Assembly (NCBI GenBank): GCA_003556225.1
Contig: PWRN01000027.1
Coordinates: 10,019-74,018 of the forward strand
Direction of reading: 5' to 3'
DNA from: Syntrophomonadaceae bacterium
GTDB taxonomy: Bacteria; Bacillota; Dethiobacteria; DTU022; UBA8154
Length of the DNA stretch: 64,000 bases
This document shows positions 1 to 9,517 of the stretch, in pieces. The position numbers were made by a program, and so were the translations under genes. The stretch's first letter is position 1. Each line of letters opens with the position of its first letter. The notes below the pieces were generated by a model. The model did no database searches. It was not told the origin of the DNA and saw nothing but the letters and a program-made list of their open reading frames with translations.

Positions 1-3000
1 AACGAAGCCTGCTCCGCCGGGACCGGGTCCTTCCTGGAAGAAGCCGCCCAGGAATCCCTGGAAGTATCCATGACAGAAATCGCCCCCCTGGCGCTCCAGG
101 CCACTTTGCCTCCCGATTTTAATGATCAATGCGCTGCCTTCATCGGTAGCGATATCAAAACGGCCGTGCAGGAAGGTATCAACACCAACGATATCCTGGC
201 CGGCCTGGTCTACTCCATCTGCCAAAATTACTTGACGCGCGTGAAGGGCAGCCGGCCCGTGGGACAAAAGGTTTTCATGCAGGGGGGCGTCTGCTACAAT
301 CACGCCATCCCCGTGGCCATGGCCGCCTTGCTGGAAAAACCTATCGTTGTACCGCCGGAACCCGGCCTGATGGGCGCTTTCGGCGTGGCGCTGGAAGTCC
401 AGGCAAAAATTAAAGACGGGTTCATCCCGGAAAAGCAGTACCAGCTGGCAGAACTGGCCCGGCGAGAAATTACCTATGAGCGCAGTTTTATCTGCAAAGG
501 GTCGGACAACTGCGATCGCAAGTGCCCGGTGAAGGTGTTGAGCATTAACGGCAAACGCTATCCCTTTGGCGGCGCCTGCAGCAAGTACAGCAATGCCCGC
601 AAAACAGGGGGCAGCCAGGTCCAGGGGCGGGACTATGTTTTTGAGCGGGAAAAGCTTCTCTTTGCGCAGCAGCCCCCGGGCCAGGACAAACCGCTGCGGG
701 GGAAAACCGTGGGCATCAATCGCTCTCTCTTGACCCATACCTTTTATCCCCTCTACCATCACTTTTTTTCCACCCTGGGCTTTGACCTGGTGATTCCCAG
801 GGAAAAAGACCCTACGGCGATCATCCGGCAGGGCGCTTCCTTCTGTTACCCCGTGGAGCTCTCCCACAGTTTTTTCGCCGGGCTCCTCAAGGAACACCCG
901 GATTATATCTTCTTGCCCCAGGTACGCGGTCTCCCGGTCACGGATCACGGCAGGGTCGGCACCATCTGCCCCTTGGCCCAGGCCGAGCCCTATTACTTGA
1001 AAGCCGCTTTCCCGGAGCTCTACGAAAATGGGAACGTGCTGACGCCGGTCCTTGATTTTTCCAGGGGTTTCCAGGCCGCCCTGCAGCCTTTCGTGCAGCT
1101 GGGCAAAAGCCTGGGCGCAACCGCTGCCGCAGCGAAAGAGGCTTACCTGGGCGCCGTCTCCCGGCAGGAGCACTTTATTACCCGGCTCAAGGAGCGGGGG
1201 AACCTCCTGCTGGCCGAGCTGCAGGCCAACCCGGAGAAAAAAGCCATCGTGCTCTTCGGCCGCGCCTATAACGCTTTTACCACGGCTGCCAACCTGGGCA
1301 TCTCCCAGAAGTTTGCCTCCCGGGGCCTGGATATCATCCCCTGCGACTTTTTGCCCTACGAAGGAGAAGAATCCTTCCACAACATGTACTGGGCCAGCGG
1401 GCAGATGAACATCCAGGCCGCCCGGTTGGTGCAGCGGCACCCGCAGCTTTTCGGGGTCTTTATCTCCAATTTCAGCTGTGGGCCCGATTCATTCATCGTG
1501 GGCTACTTCCGTGAAATCATGGGAAACAAACCTTCCTTAACCCTGGAGCTGGACAGCCATTCCTCCGATGCCGGCCTGGACACGAGAATAGACGCCTTCC
1601 TGGATATTATCGAGGGGTACCTGAAAACGCAAACCGTAACCGCCGGGCGCGCCTCCCGCGGGAACGTGCCGCGCCCCAGGGCGATCCTGGAAAAAGGGGC
1701 CATCTATTTGCAGCTGCCCTCGGGAGAAAAGCGGCCCCTGGATCATCCGAAGGTGAAGCTGCTCCTGCCCTCCATGGGCAAGGAAAGCACCTCCCTGATG
1801 GCTTCGTCCATCCAGTACAAGGGCATTCAGGCCATTACCGTGCCGGAGCCGGGTGAAAAGGAACTGACCCTGGGGCAGGGCCACAGTAACTGCAAGGAGT
1901 GCCTTCCCCTGCAGCTCACCGTCGGCAGCCTGCTGCGCTACCTGGAAGAACACCCCCTGGAACCGGACGAAAACCTGATCTATTTCATGCCGGATACGTC
2001 GGGTCCTTGTCGTTTCGGGCAGTACCAGGTGTTCATCAACCAGCTGCTGAACAGGCTGGAGATTCCCAACGTCACGACCCTCTCCCTGAGCTCCGACAAC
2101 AGCTACGGCGGCCTGGGCACCGATTTTACCGTGCGGGCCTGGACTGCCCTGATCACCGCCGATGTATTATCCGAGGTTTACAGCACCCTGCTGACCCTGG
2201 CCCAGGACCGCGCAGAGGCTTTCGCTGTTTACCAGGACGTGTACCGGGAGCTCCTGTTCTCATTTGCCCACCACGGGAAAAAGGAAATCTACAAAACCCT
2301 GGAAGCCGCGGCTTTCCGCCTGGGGCAGATCCCCTTGACGAATTCCCCCGACGACACGCCGAAAATCGCCTTGCTGGGAGAGATTTACGTGCGGAGCGAC
2401 AGTTTTTCCCGACAAAATCTCGTCGAATACTTCGCGGACCACGGCATTATTGCCAGGGTCGCCCCCATCAGCGAGTGGTTGTATTACACGGATTACCTGC
2501 TGCAGAACAACCTGCTGCAAAACTATACCCGGATGGCCCAGTTCAAAAACCGCCTGCAGCAACCCGTAAAACGGCGGATCGAGAAACGCATTAAAAAGAT
2601 CTTCGCTCAAACCGACCTCTATGAATACCACCTGGTGCGGGTGGATCACCTCATGGATGTGGGTTCCAACTATATGATGCCGCAGCTCACCGGCGAAGCC
2701 ATCCTGACCTTATCCTGCGCCATCGCGGAGATCGTCGACCAGGTTAGCGGCGCCGTGGCCCTGGGTCCTTTTGGGTGCATGCCCAACCGCATCGCGGAAG
2801 CAATCACCAGCAAGGCGTTCACGGAGAGAAGGCTCTACCGGCCTAACGGCCGGGAACTGCCGCCAGCCATCCTGGAAGAACAGCCCCATCTCCCCTTTAT
2901 GGCCATTGAAACCGATGGCAGTGTTTTTCCCCAGGTGGTGGAAGCGCGACTGGAAAGCTTCATCCTGCAGGTGAAGCGCCTGCACCAGTTCGTCAAGCAG

Positions 3001-3024
3001 ATAGAATCAAAAGCCCGCGTCTAA
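1..3024 (+). CDS. acyl-CoA dehydratase activase-related fusion protein, C-terminal 984+ aa (BadF/BadG/BcrA/BcrD-type ATPase region followed by HgdB/DUF2229-like domain); 5' end lies upstream of the window
   Basis: Frame 1 is open from nt 1 with no stop before the first Met, so the gene continues upstream. The composition resembles the long 'CoA-substrate-specific enzyme activase' fusions common in Clostridia. The Cys-rich segment CKGSDNCDRKC and overall length fit that family. Confidence 0.55.
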   Translation, partial: NEACSAGTGSFLEEAAQESLEVSMTEIAPLALQATLPPDFNDQCAAFIGSDIKTAVQEGINTNDILAGLVYSICQNYLTRVKGSRPVGQKVFMQGGVCYNHAIPVAMAALLEKPIVVPPEPGLMGAFGVALEVQAKIKDGFIPEKQYQLAELARREITYERSFICKGSDNCDRKCPVKVLSINGKRYPFGGACSKYSNARKTGGSQVQGRDYVFEREKLLFAQQPPGQDKPLRGKTVGINRSLLTHTFYPLYHHFFSTLGFDLVIPREKDPTAIIRQGASFCYPVELSHSFFAGLLKEHPDYIFLPQVRGLPVTDHGRVGTICPLAQAEPYYLKAAFPELYENGNVLTPVLDFSRGFQAALQPFVQLGKSLGATAAAAKEAYLGAVSRQEHFITRLKERGNLLLAELQANPEKKAIVLFGRAYNAFTTAANLGISQKFASRGLDIIPCDFLPYEGEESFHNMYWASGQMNIQAARLVQRHPQLFGVFISNFSCGPDSFIVGYFREIMGNKPSLTLELDSHSSDAGLDTRIDAFLDIIEGYLKTQTVTAGRASRGNVPRPRAILEKGAIYLQLPSGEKRPLDHPKVKLLLPSMGKESTSLMASSIQYKGIQAITVPEPGEKELTLGQGHSNCKECLPLQLTVGSLLRYLEEHPLEPDENLIYFMPDTSGPCRFGQYQVFINQLLNRLEIPNVTTLSLSSDNSYGGLGTDFTVRAWTALITADVLSEVYSTLLTLAQDRAEAFAVYQDVYRELLFSFAHHGKKEIYKTLEAAAFRLGQIPLTNSPDDTPKIALLGEIYVRSDSFSRQNLVEYFADHGIIARVAPISEWLYYTDYLLQNNLLQNYTRMAQFKNRLQQPVKRRIEKRIKKIFAQTDLYEYHLVRVDHLMDVGSNYMMPQLTGEAILTLSCAIAEIVDQVSGAVALGPFGCMPNRIAEAITSKAFTERRLYRPNGRELPPAILEEQPHLPFMAIETDGSVFPQVVEARLESFILQVKRLHQFVKQIESKARV

Positions 3025-3099
3025 GCGGGGACGAAACGAAAACGGCGCAAAGATTTTTCCTGGCGAACAGCCAGCTGACCAAGACAAGGGGGGGCCCGG

Positions 3100-3567
3100 A
3101 TGTACAAAATTCTGTTGGCAACGGATGGATCGGAGCACGCGTTTAAAACCATAGGTAAAGCCGCGCAGTTGTTAAAAATGCTCCAGGGCAGCGTCACGGT
3201 GCTTTCCGTGGTGGAAGATGTGCCTGTTTACAAGGGCCTGGGCGGCCTTTCCGCCAGGGAAACGGAGCTGCTGCATCAAAGTATCGAACAGGTCGCCCGG
3301 GAAGGGCTGGATAAAACGAAGCAAACCCTGGCAGAGAACGGGATTGAAGCCAATACCCTGCTGCGCATGGGACAAGCTGCAGACGTGATCTGCGAGGTGG
3401 TGGAAGAAGATGGTTACGACATGGTCATTGTGGGAGATACCGGCTTCGGGGGGATCAAGGAACTTTTCCTGGGGAGCGTGAGCAACAAGGTTGCCCACAA
3501 GGCCAAGGCAGATGTGCTGATCATCAAGTGGATGTACCAGTCAATTGAAGGCCGACCGGAAATTTAA
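3100..3567 (+). CDS. universal stress protein (UspA family)
   Basis: 155 aa with an N-terminal ILLATDGSE motif and a C-terminal VIVGDTGFGGIKELFLGSVSNKVAHKAKADVLIIK typical of UspA. A strong SD (AAGGGGGGG) sits 5 nt upstream of the ATG. Confidence 0.75.
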   Translation: MYKILLATDGSEHAFKTIGKAAQLLKMLQGSVTVLSVVEDVPVYKGLGGLSARETELLHQSIEQVAREGLDKTKQTLAENGIEANTLLRMGQAADVICEVVEEDGYDMVIVGDTGFGGIKELFLGSVSNKVAHKAKADVLIIKWMYQSIEGRPEI

Positions 3568-3794
3568 AGGTAATTGGCCAGCAGGAAGAGCAACCCGGCG
3601 GCAACCGCAACTTTCAGCAGCTGAAAATTCATCACCTTGCGGTATGCTTTTTCCTGCTCTTCATCCAGGTCTTTCTTGTTTTTGGCCTGGCGAATGGTTG
3701 CCACCCGCTGCCTGGTGACGCCTCGCATCACCTGGATGGCGCTGATGATCAACCAAAAAGCCAGGGCTCCTGTAATAATGCGCAGGGGGGACAT
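3564..3794 (-). CDS. small hypothetical membrane protein (76 aa, two hydrophobic segments)
   Basis: ORF with two predicted TM helices, convergent with and overlapping uspA by 4 nt. No recognisable family. Confidence 0.3.
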   Translation of the reverse strand: MSPLRIITGALAFWLIISAIQVMRGVTRQRVATIRQAKNKKDLDEEQEKAYRKVMNFQLLKVAVAAGLLFLLANYL

Positions 3795-3920
3795 GCATAT
3801 CCCGTCCTTTCTGCTCTCCTACCGTAGGATTCCACGGGCGCGAGCGCCCGAACGGTCAAGCCCGGGGCTGACAACTCAAGCCCACCGTGCAGCGGTGCGG
3901 CAGCCAGCCCCGGGCTCTTC

Positions 3921-4991
3921 TTATAAAGGTTTGTCTTCCGGAAGTTTTTCTCCCAGGGCCAGCCTGCAGAGGTCGCTGATCATGTAGTTGTCTAAACCGG
4001 CCGCGTGGGCTTTTTCATGCAGGCTCTTAAAACACATGGGGCACAGGTAGACCATGGCTTCGGCCTCCTTGTCCCGGGCATCGGCGATGTTCTTATCTTT
4101 AAAGGGCTCGATATTTTTGCCCCGGGGAAAGAGCTTCAGATTGGGGCCGGCGGCCTCCACGCCGCAGCACAGGGCATCAATGCCGTCGTATTTCCGCTTC
4201 ACCCGCTCAACCCCGATCAGGGAGAAGATCTCCTGGAGCGTGTTTTCCACTTCGGCCGGGGTATGACGCGAAGCACAGGGCCTCTGGTAGGCCACTTTCA
4301 TCTTCAAAGGGGTAATACGGTCCTGGTGTTCCTGCAGGTAATCCCGCAGGTATTCAAAAAAGTGCACGACCTTAAAAGGTACGTCGATGCCGGCCCGGGG
4401 CGCGATGTCCTGCAGCAGGGCATAACAGTCCTCGTGCACGAAGATAATCTCCTCTGCCCCAGACTGGGCCAGGTTATCCACGGTCTTTTGCATGCGCTGG
4501 TGCATGATGGACTCGTTTCCCATGTGGGTGAAGAGGACATGGCAAAAATAAGGCAGGCCTTTCAAAATGGTCAGATCTTCAAACAGCTGGCCCTGGGGCG
4601 CCCAGGGCATGTTTCCCGTCATCACGCAGAGAGACATCACCTTTCCCTTGATATCTATCGGACGCGGCTCACTTTTCGCTTCAAAGCGCTCGGACATCTG
4701 CTGGAGTAGCGCACCATCGGCGAAATCTCCATCCTCCTCCAACCGCTTTAGAATCAAGTCGAAGGGACGCGCTTCCTTGCTGCAGTACTCGTTGCAGGCA
4801 AAGCAGGTGATGCAATCATGGAGCCAGTCCACCTCGTCGCCCTGGACGAGTTTTTGAAATTCCTTTCCCGCTTCCTCCGGGGAAAACTCCATGTAGCTGC
4901 ATTTTGCCAAACAATCCCCGCAAAAATCACAACGTGCTGCGTCGAACAAGTGGATCACCGCCGTTTCTAAGAGTGGGTTGTTATGCTTCAA
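3921..4991 (-). CDS. (Fe-S)-binding oxidoreductase with a 4Fe-4S ferredoxin motif and two CCG cysteine-rich domains (HdrD/GlpC/GlcF-like)
   Basis: CDFCGDCLAKC and CITCFACNEYC give two CxxCxxCxxxC motifs. The C-terminal ALCCGVEAAGP and YLCPMCF motifs are CCG-domain signatures. Confidence 0.6.
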   Translation of the reverse strand: MKHNNPLLETAVIHLFDAARCDFCGDCLAKCSYMEFSPEEAGKEFQKLVQGDEVDWLHDCITCFACNEYCSKEARPFDLILKRLEEDGDFADGALLQQMSERFEAKSEPRPIDIKGKVMSLCVMTGNMPWAPQGQLFEDLTILKGLPYFCHVLFTHMGNESIMHQRMQKTVDNLAQSGAEEIIFVHEDCYALLQDIAPRAGIDVPFKVVHFFEYLRDYLQEHQDRITPLKMKVAYQRPCASRHTPAEVENTLQEIFSLIGVERVKRKYDGIDALCCGVEAAGPNLKLFPRGKNIEPFKDKNIADARDKEAEAMVYLCPMCFKSLHEKAHAAGLDNYMISDLCRLALGEKLPEDKPL

Positions 4992-6004
4992 TCAAAAGCC
5001 AGTTCCTCGATCTCCTTGGTTTTTTCCCGCCGCATCAAGTTCTCTACCGCCTGCCAGGGTTCCGTGTCTTCAAAGAGGATTCCATACATTTCCCGGGTGA
5101 TAGGCATTTCCACGTGATGTACGCGGGAGAGGGCTGCCGCGGCCCTGGTGGTTTTGATCCCTTCTGCCACCATCTTCATGGAGGCCGTGATTTCAGCCAG
5201 GCTTTCCCCCTGCCCCAGCCGTAATCCCACTTGGCGATTCCGGCTGTGGGTGCTGGAACACGTTACAAACAAATCGCCGACGCCGGTTAAACCGCTGAAG
5301 GTCCTGCTCTTGGCGCCCAGGGATAACCCCAGGCGGGTGATCTCCACCAGCCCCCGGGTCAGCAGGGCGGCTTTTGTGTTGTCTCCAAATTTCAGCCCTT
5401 CACACACACCGGCACCGATAGCAATAATGTTTTTCAGCGCACCCCCCAGCTCTACCCCGACCACATCCGGGTTAGTGTAGACCCGGAAGTACCGGGTCAT
5501 GAATAAATTTTGGATAAGTTCTGCAGTTTTACGGTTCGTGGAGGCGACGACCGTCGCCGCGGGGAAAAAGCGGCTGACTTCTTCGGCATGGTTGGGCCCG
5601 GAAAGCACGACCAGTCTTTCCGGGTCCAGGGCGGGCAGATTTGCCAGGATTACCTGGGAGAGGCGTTCTTGGGTGTCTTCCGTGAGTCCTTTGGCCGTAT
5701 TCACCACGATACTTTCATCTTCCAGGTTTTCTTGAACGTTTTTGACCATCTCTCCCAAAGCGTGGGAAGGAACAGAGAGCACGATCACGCGTTTTCCCCT
5801 GACGGCTTGCGCTAAATCTACTGTTAACTGGATTTGCTCGGGCAGCCTAATGCCCGGCAAATACTCCACGTTTTCCCCTGCTTCCACCATCTTCTGAAAC
5901 AGTTCTTCCCGGCGCGCCCACAGGTGTACACGGTATCCTTTATTCGCCAGCAGGATGGCCAGGCAGGTCCCCCAGCTTCCAGCGCCAATTACTCCAATTT
6001 CCAT
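4988..6004 (-). CDS. gpsA: NAD(P)H-dependent glycerol-3-phosphate dehydrogenase
   Basis: MEIGVIGAGSWGTCLAILLA Rossmann motif, 338 aa. Conserved der-plsY-gpsA synteny. Confidence 0.9.
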   Translation of the reverse strand: MEIGVIGAGSWGTCLAILLANKGYRVHLWARREELFQKMVEAGENVEYLPGIRLPEQIQLTVDLAQAVRGKRVIVLSVPSHALGEMVKNVQENLEDESIVVNTAKGLTEDTQERLSQVILANLPALDPERLVVLSGPNHAEEVSRFFPAATVVASTNRKTAELIQNLFMTRYFRVYTNPDVVGVELGGALKNIIAIGAGVCEGLKFGDNTKAALLTRGLVEITRLGLSLGAKSRTFSGLTGVGDLFVTCSSTHSRNRQVGLRLGQGESLAEITASMKMVAEGIKTTRAAAALSRVHHVEMPITREMYGILFEDTEPWQAVENLMRREKTKEIEELAFD

Positions 6005-6019
6005 CGACCTAAATCCTTT

Positions 6020-6619
6020 CTATGATCGAAATTGATGCTTCTTCTCCAGGCGCGGCTCTGTTCCCTGCAGCAGTCTCTTGATATTCGCTCCATGCCTCCA
6101 GAGAATAATCAGGCAAATAATCAGCCCGTAAAGGAGATGACTGCGCAGTTCCGGGCTCAGCACCATTAAGACAGGAATGGCAATGCTCCCAACGATGGAG
6201 CCCAGGGAGACAAAGCGAGTTAGAAAAATCACCCCGGCCACGAAAGCGACAACCCCGATCGTCGGCAAGAAGGCGAAGCCCAGAAAGAAGCCCAGGGTGG
6301 TGGCAACGCCTTTCCCTCCCCGGAATTTTAAGAAGACCGGCCAGTTATGGCCCGCAATCACCGCCAGGCCGCAGAGCAAGACAAAGCCCGGATCAGCGAC
6401 GAGCCGGGGAACGGTTGCGGCCACGATCCAGCCCTTGAGGGCGTCCAGGAGCAGCACGACCAGGGCGGCCTTCAGACCCATCAAACGAGCCACGTTAGTT
6501 GCACCGGGGTTTCCGCTGCCCACGCTGCGGATATCTATGCCTCTGAAACCTTTCACGAAAAGGTAAGCAAAGGAAATGGACCCCAGGAGGTAAGAACAAA
6601 CCAGCAGCATGATTTCCAT
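6020..6619 (-). CDS. plsY: glycerol-3-phosphate acyltransferase PlsY
   Basis: 199-aa polytopic membrane protein with GSGNPGATNVAR and HNWPVFLKFRGGKGVAT motifs characteristic of PlsY. Confidence 0.85.
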   Translation of the reverse strand: MEIMLLVCSYLLGSISFAYLFVKGFRGIDIRSVGSGNPGATNVARLMGLKAALVVLLLDALKGWIVAATVPRLVADPGFVLLCGLAVIAGHNWPVFLKFRGGKGVATTLGFFLGFAFLPTIGVVAFVAGVIFLTRFVSLGSIVGSIAIPVLMVLSPELRSHLLYGLIICLIILWRHGANIKRLLQGTEPRLEKKHQFRS

Positions 6620-6623
6620 CGCG

Positions 6624-7958
6624 TCAACTATCCCCTTTTCGACTCCGGGATTTTAAATAGAACTTCAGCGGTGTGCCCGCAAAGTCAAAGGCTTCCCTCA
6701 ACCGGTTCTCCAGGTAGCGCAGGTAGGAAAAATGAACCAGTGCCGGGTTGTTGACAAAGAGCAGGAAAGCCGGGGGACATTTGTTCGTCTGGGTCCAGTA
6801 ATAAATGCGTCCCTGCTTTCCTTTCGACGTCGGTATGGGATTAACGCTCTGGGCGTCTTCCAGTAGGCGGTTCAAAAGCGGTGTGGGTATCCTGCGGGTG
6901 TAGTTTTCATAGATCCGGGGAAACAGCTTAAAGAGTTGGTGGAGCCGGCGCACTTCATAAATGGAGGTGAAAACAACGGGGGCAAAAGAGACGAATTTCA
7001 GCGCGCTGCGCACCTGCTGCACGGCTTCCTTTCCCCCGGTTTGGCGCAAATACGCCTCCACCAGGTCCCATTTATTCAAGGCCAGGACCAGGGCTTTCCC
7101 TTGATCCAGGATATAGCCGGCGATTTTCTGGTCCTGCACCGTCACCCCTTCCTGGGCTTCCAGCAGTAACAGGGCGATATCGGCCTGTTCAATCGCGCGC
7201 AGGGAGCGCATCACGCTGTAGTACTCCAGGTTCTCCCTAACCCGGCTTTTTTTCCTGATCCCTGCCGTATCGATGAAGCGGTAGCGGGTTCCCTCTTTCT
7301 CAATCCAGGAATCAATGGAGTCCCGGGTGGTTCCCGGTTGGGCGCTGACGATGGTTCGGGCCTCCCCCAGCAAGGCGTTCACGAAAGAAGATTTTCCCAC
7401 GTTGGGTCGGCCGACCACGGCCACCTTGATTTGCGGTTCCATCACCAGGGAGGGTTCTTGAGTACGTCCTGGTAAAAGAGAAACAATTTCATCCAGGAGG
7501 TCGCCGATATTGAGGCCGTGGGCCGCGGAGATCCCCAGCGGCTCGCCAAAACCAAGCTCATAAAAATCGTGCACCGTTTGCGTCGGCGATTCAATTTTGT
7601 TCACCGCCAGGATCACCTTTTTCCCCTGGCGGTGGAGCAAGTTGGCCACTTCCCGGTCCAGGGAACTAGGTCCTTGCCTGCCGTCTACGAGAAAGATGAT
7701 CACCTGCGCTTCCTCGATGGCCAGCAGGGCTTGCTTATGAACCTCTGTCTCCATGTCTCCCGCCTGCGTAAAGGTTAATCCACCGGTATCCATCACGCCG
7801 AATTCATATTCCAGCCAGGAAGCCCGTTCATAAATGCGATCCCGCGTAACCCCGGAAGATTTCTCTTCAATGGCCCTGCGGCCGCCAACCAGTCGATTGA
7901 AGAGGGTTGATTTTCCTACATTGGGCCGACCGACAATGGCCACTAATGGCGTTGGCAT
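6624..7958 (-). CDS. der: ribosome-biogenesis GTPase Der (EngA), tandem GTPase domains
   Basis: Two G-domains (VAIVGRPNVGKSTLFN and VAVVGRPNVGKSSFVNAL) plus a KH-like C-terminus, 444 aa. Confidence 0.9.
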   Translation of the reverse strand: MPTPLVAIVGRPNVGKSTLFNRLVGGRRAIEEKSSGVTRDRIYERASWLEYEFGVMDTGGLTFTQAGDMETEVHKQALLAIEEAQVIIFLVDGRQGPSSLDREVANLLHRQGKKVILAVNKIESPTQTVHDFYELGFGEPLGISAAHGLNIGDLLDEIVSLLPGRTQEPSLVMEPQIKVAVVGRPNVGKSSFVNALLGEARTIVSAQPGTTRDSIDSWIEKEGTRYRFIDTAGIRKKSRVRENLEYYSVMRSLRAIEQADIALLLLEAQEGVTVQDQKIAGYILDQGKALVLALNKWDLVEAYLRQTGGKEAVQQVRSALKFVSFAPVVFTSIYEVRRLHQLFKLFPRIYENYTRRIPTPLLNRLLEDAQSVNPIPTSKGKQGRIYYWTQTNKCPPAFLLFVNNPALVHFSYLRYLENRLREAFDFAGTPLKFYLKSRSRKGDS

Positions 7959-9301
7959 GTTGGAACCTTCTTCCTCCCGGTGATATTTGAGGCGTGGTTT
8001 GCCAGGAAAATGCGCAAGTCCTGGAGCGCCTCGACCGGGATAAGGGGCACATTCAGGTATCGAGAGAGGTGATCCACGGCATAACCGTCCAGGAAAAGGC
8101 GGCTGTTCTCTTTCAACATGGTAGAGGAGACAAAAACGTAATCGCCGAGCGCTTGGCCTGCCAGGGCCTTCAGGAGATCGCTACCCGTCAATAAACCGGC
8201 GACAGAAACTTCTTCCCCCCAAAAAATGCTGGGCACCGCGTGGAGCTGCACCTCCAGGTTTTTCGTCTTGCGAAGTTCCGCGGCAAAAGCGCTGAGCAAG
8301 GGTTCGGCCAGGGTACCCGTCACCAGGGAAACCCGCGTTTTTTGCGGCATTTCCGGCAAAGGGCCCTGCTTCTGCCAGCTCGCCAGTTCCCGGATAAAGA
8401 GCCTGCTCATCCCCACGCCGTTTTCCAGCTGCGCGTAAGGGCCATAATGTTCATGGGCCGGCAGTTCCTTGCCGGTGAGGTAATAGAATTCGTCTGCCAT
8501 ATAAACGAAAGGAGTGCCGTATGTTTCCAGGTACGCTTCCTGTTTGGGGACCACCCGGGCGAAGAGCGCTTCCGCCGTTTGCGCGCTCACGCGCTGCAGG
8601 GGGAAAAGATCCTCCCGGTGCCGGGAAAGGCCCACGGGAACAATCGCCAGGGTCTCCAGGGCGGGATAAAGGGCTGAGAGATCAGCCAGGGTCTGTTCCA
8701 GGACGTCGCCATCGTTAATGCCCGGGCACAACACGATTTGTCCGTGCATCTTGATGCCGGCACGGGCCAGGATCTGCATCTGCCGTAAGATGGCGCCGGC
8801 CCGGGGATTTCTCATCATCTGTCGGCGCACGGCAGGGTTGGTTGCGTGCACAGAGAGATACAGCGGGGAGATCCGCCGCTTGATCATGCGCTGCAAATCC
8901 AGTTGTCCCGCATTGGTGAGAGAAATGTAGTTGCCGTATAAAAAAGACAGCCTGTAATCGTCGTCTTTTTCATAGAGCGATTCCCGCAATCCTTCAGGCT
9001 GCTGGTCCACGAAGCAGAAAATGCAATTATTGCGGCATTTTCGCAGGGGGCCCAGGGTAGAGTTGGCGAAAACCAGCCCGGGATCCTCGTCGTACTGCTT
9101 CTGCAGGCGCAGTTCAACCCGGCGGCCGTTTTTCTTCACCACGGTGAAGAGGAGTTCTTTCTCTGCTGTAAGGTATTTATAATCAATAATATCATGGAGA
9201 ACCCGGTCATCAATCCTAGAAAGACGATCGCCGGGCGCGATCCCGGCTTTTTCTGCTGGAGAATGGGGGTTGACCTGGCAAATAACAAAATCACTGCTCA
9301 T
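7943..9301 (-). CDS. PDZ domain plus radical-SAM-like (CX3CX2C) DUF512 protein
   Basis: N-terminal PDZ-like segment, CRNNCIFCF cysteine triad, long DUF512-type C-terminal region. This is the usual neighbour upstream of der in Clostridia. Start placed at the internal ATG (9301), which has a GAGG SD 7 nt upstream; the ORF track extends to 9334. Confidence 0.65.
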   Translation of the reverse strand: MSSDFVICQVNPHSPAEKAGIAPGDRLSRIDDRVLHDIIDYKYLTAEKELLFTVVKKNGRRVELRLQKQYDEDPGLVFANSTLGPLRKCRNNCIFCFVDQQPEGLRESLYEKDDDYRLSFLYGNYISLTNAGQLDLQRMIKRRISPLYLSVHATNPAVRRQMMRNPRAGAILRQMQILARAGIKMHGQIVLCPGINDGDVLEQTLADLSALYPALETLAIVPVGLSRHREDLFPLQRVSAQTAEALFARVVPKQEAYLETYGTPFVYMADEFYYLTGKELPAHEHYGPYAQLENGVGMSRLFIRELASWQKQGPLPEMPQKTRVSLVTGTLAEPLLSAFAAELRKTKNLEVQLHAVPSIFWGEEVSVAGLLTGSDLLKALAGQALGDYVFVSSTMLKENSRLFLDGYAVDHLSRYLNVPLIPVEALQDLRIFLANHASNITGRKKVPTCQRH

Positions 9302-9517
9302 GATGGAACCTCGCGGTCTCGAAAATTCTTGCATATTATTCTACCTGCCATATTATCCTATATTTTTTCGCCTGCTGTCAAGGGAATGAGTCCCAGGCCA
9401 AAGAAATACCCGGCTGTGCAAAACCGGGTATTAATTGTTACGGCCAGTTTTCGAGGGCAGACTGCGCTGCACCCTTGCCTGTTGGACAGGCGGCCGCCGG
9501 CGGCGTGCTTCGGTTTC

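Noticed and set aside
1899-2594. 231-aa plus-strand ORF and several minus-strand ORFs inside the 1-3024 gene
   Set aside because: These are alternative-frame and antisense ORFs typical of GC-rich coding DNA (Arg/Pro/Gly-rich, no motifs). The frame-1 protein has clear family features.
4005-4709. 234-aa plus-strand ORF antisense to the CCG-domain gene
   Set aside because: It is an antisense artefact. The minus-strand frame carries the Fe-S and CCG cysteine motifs.
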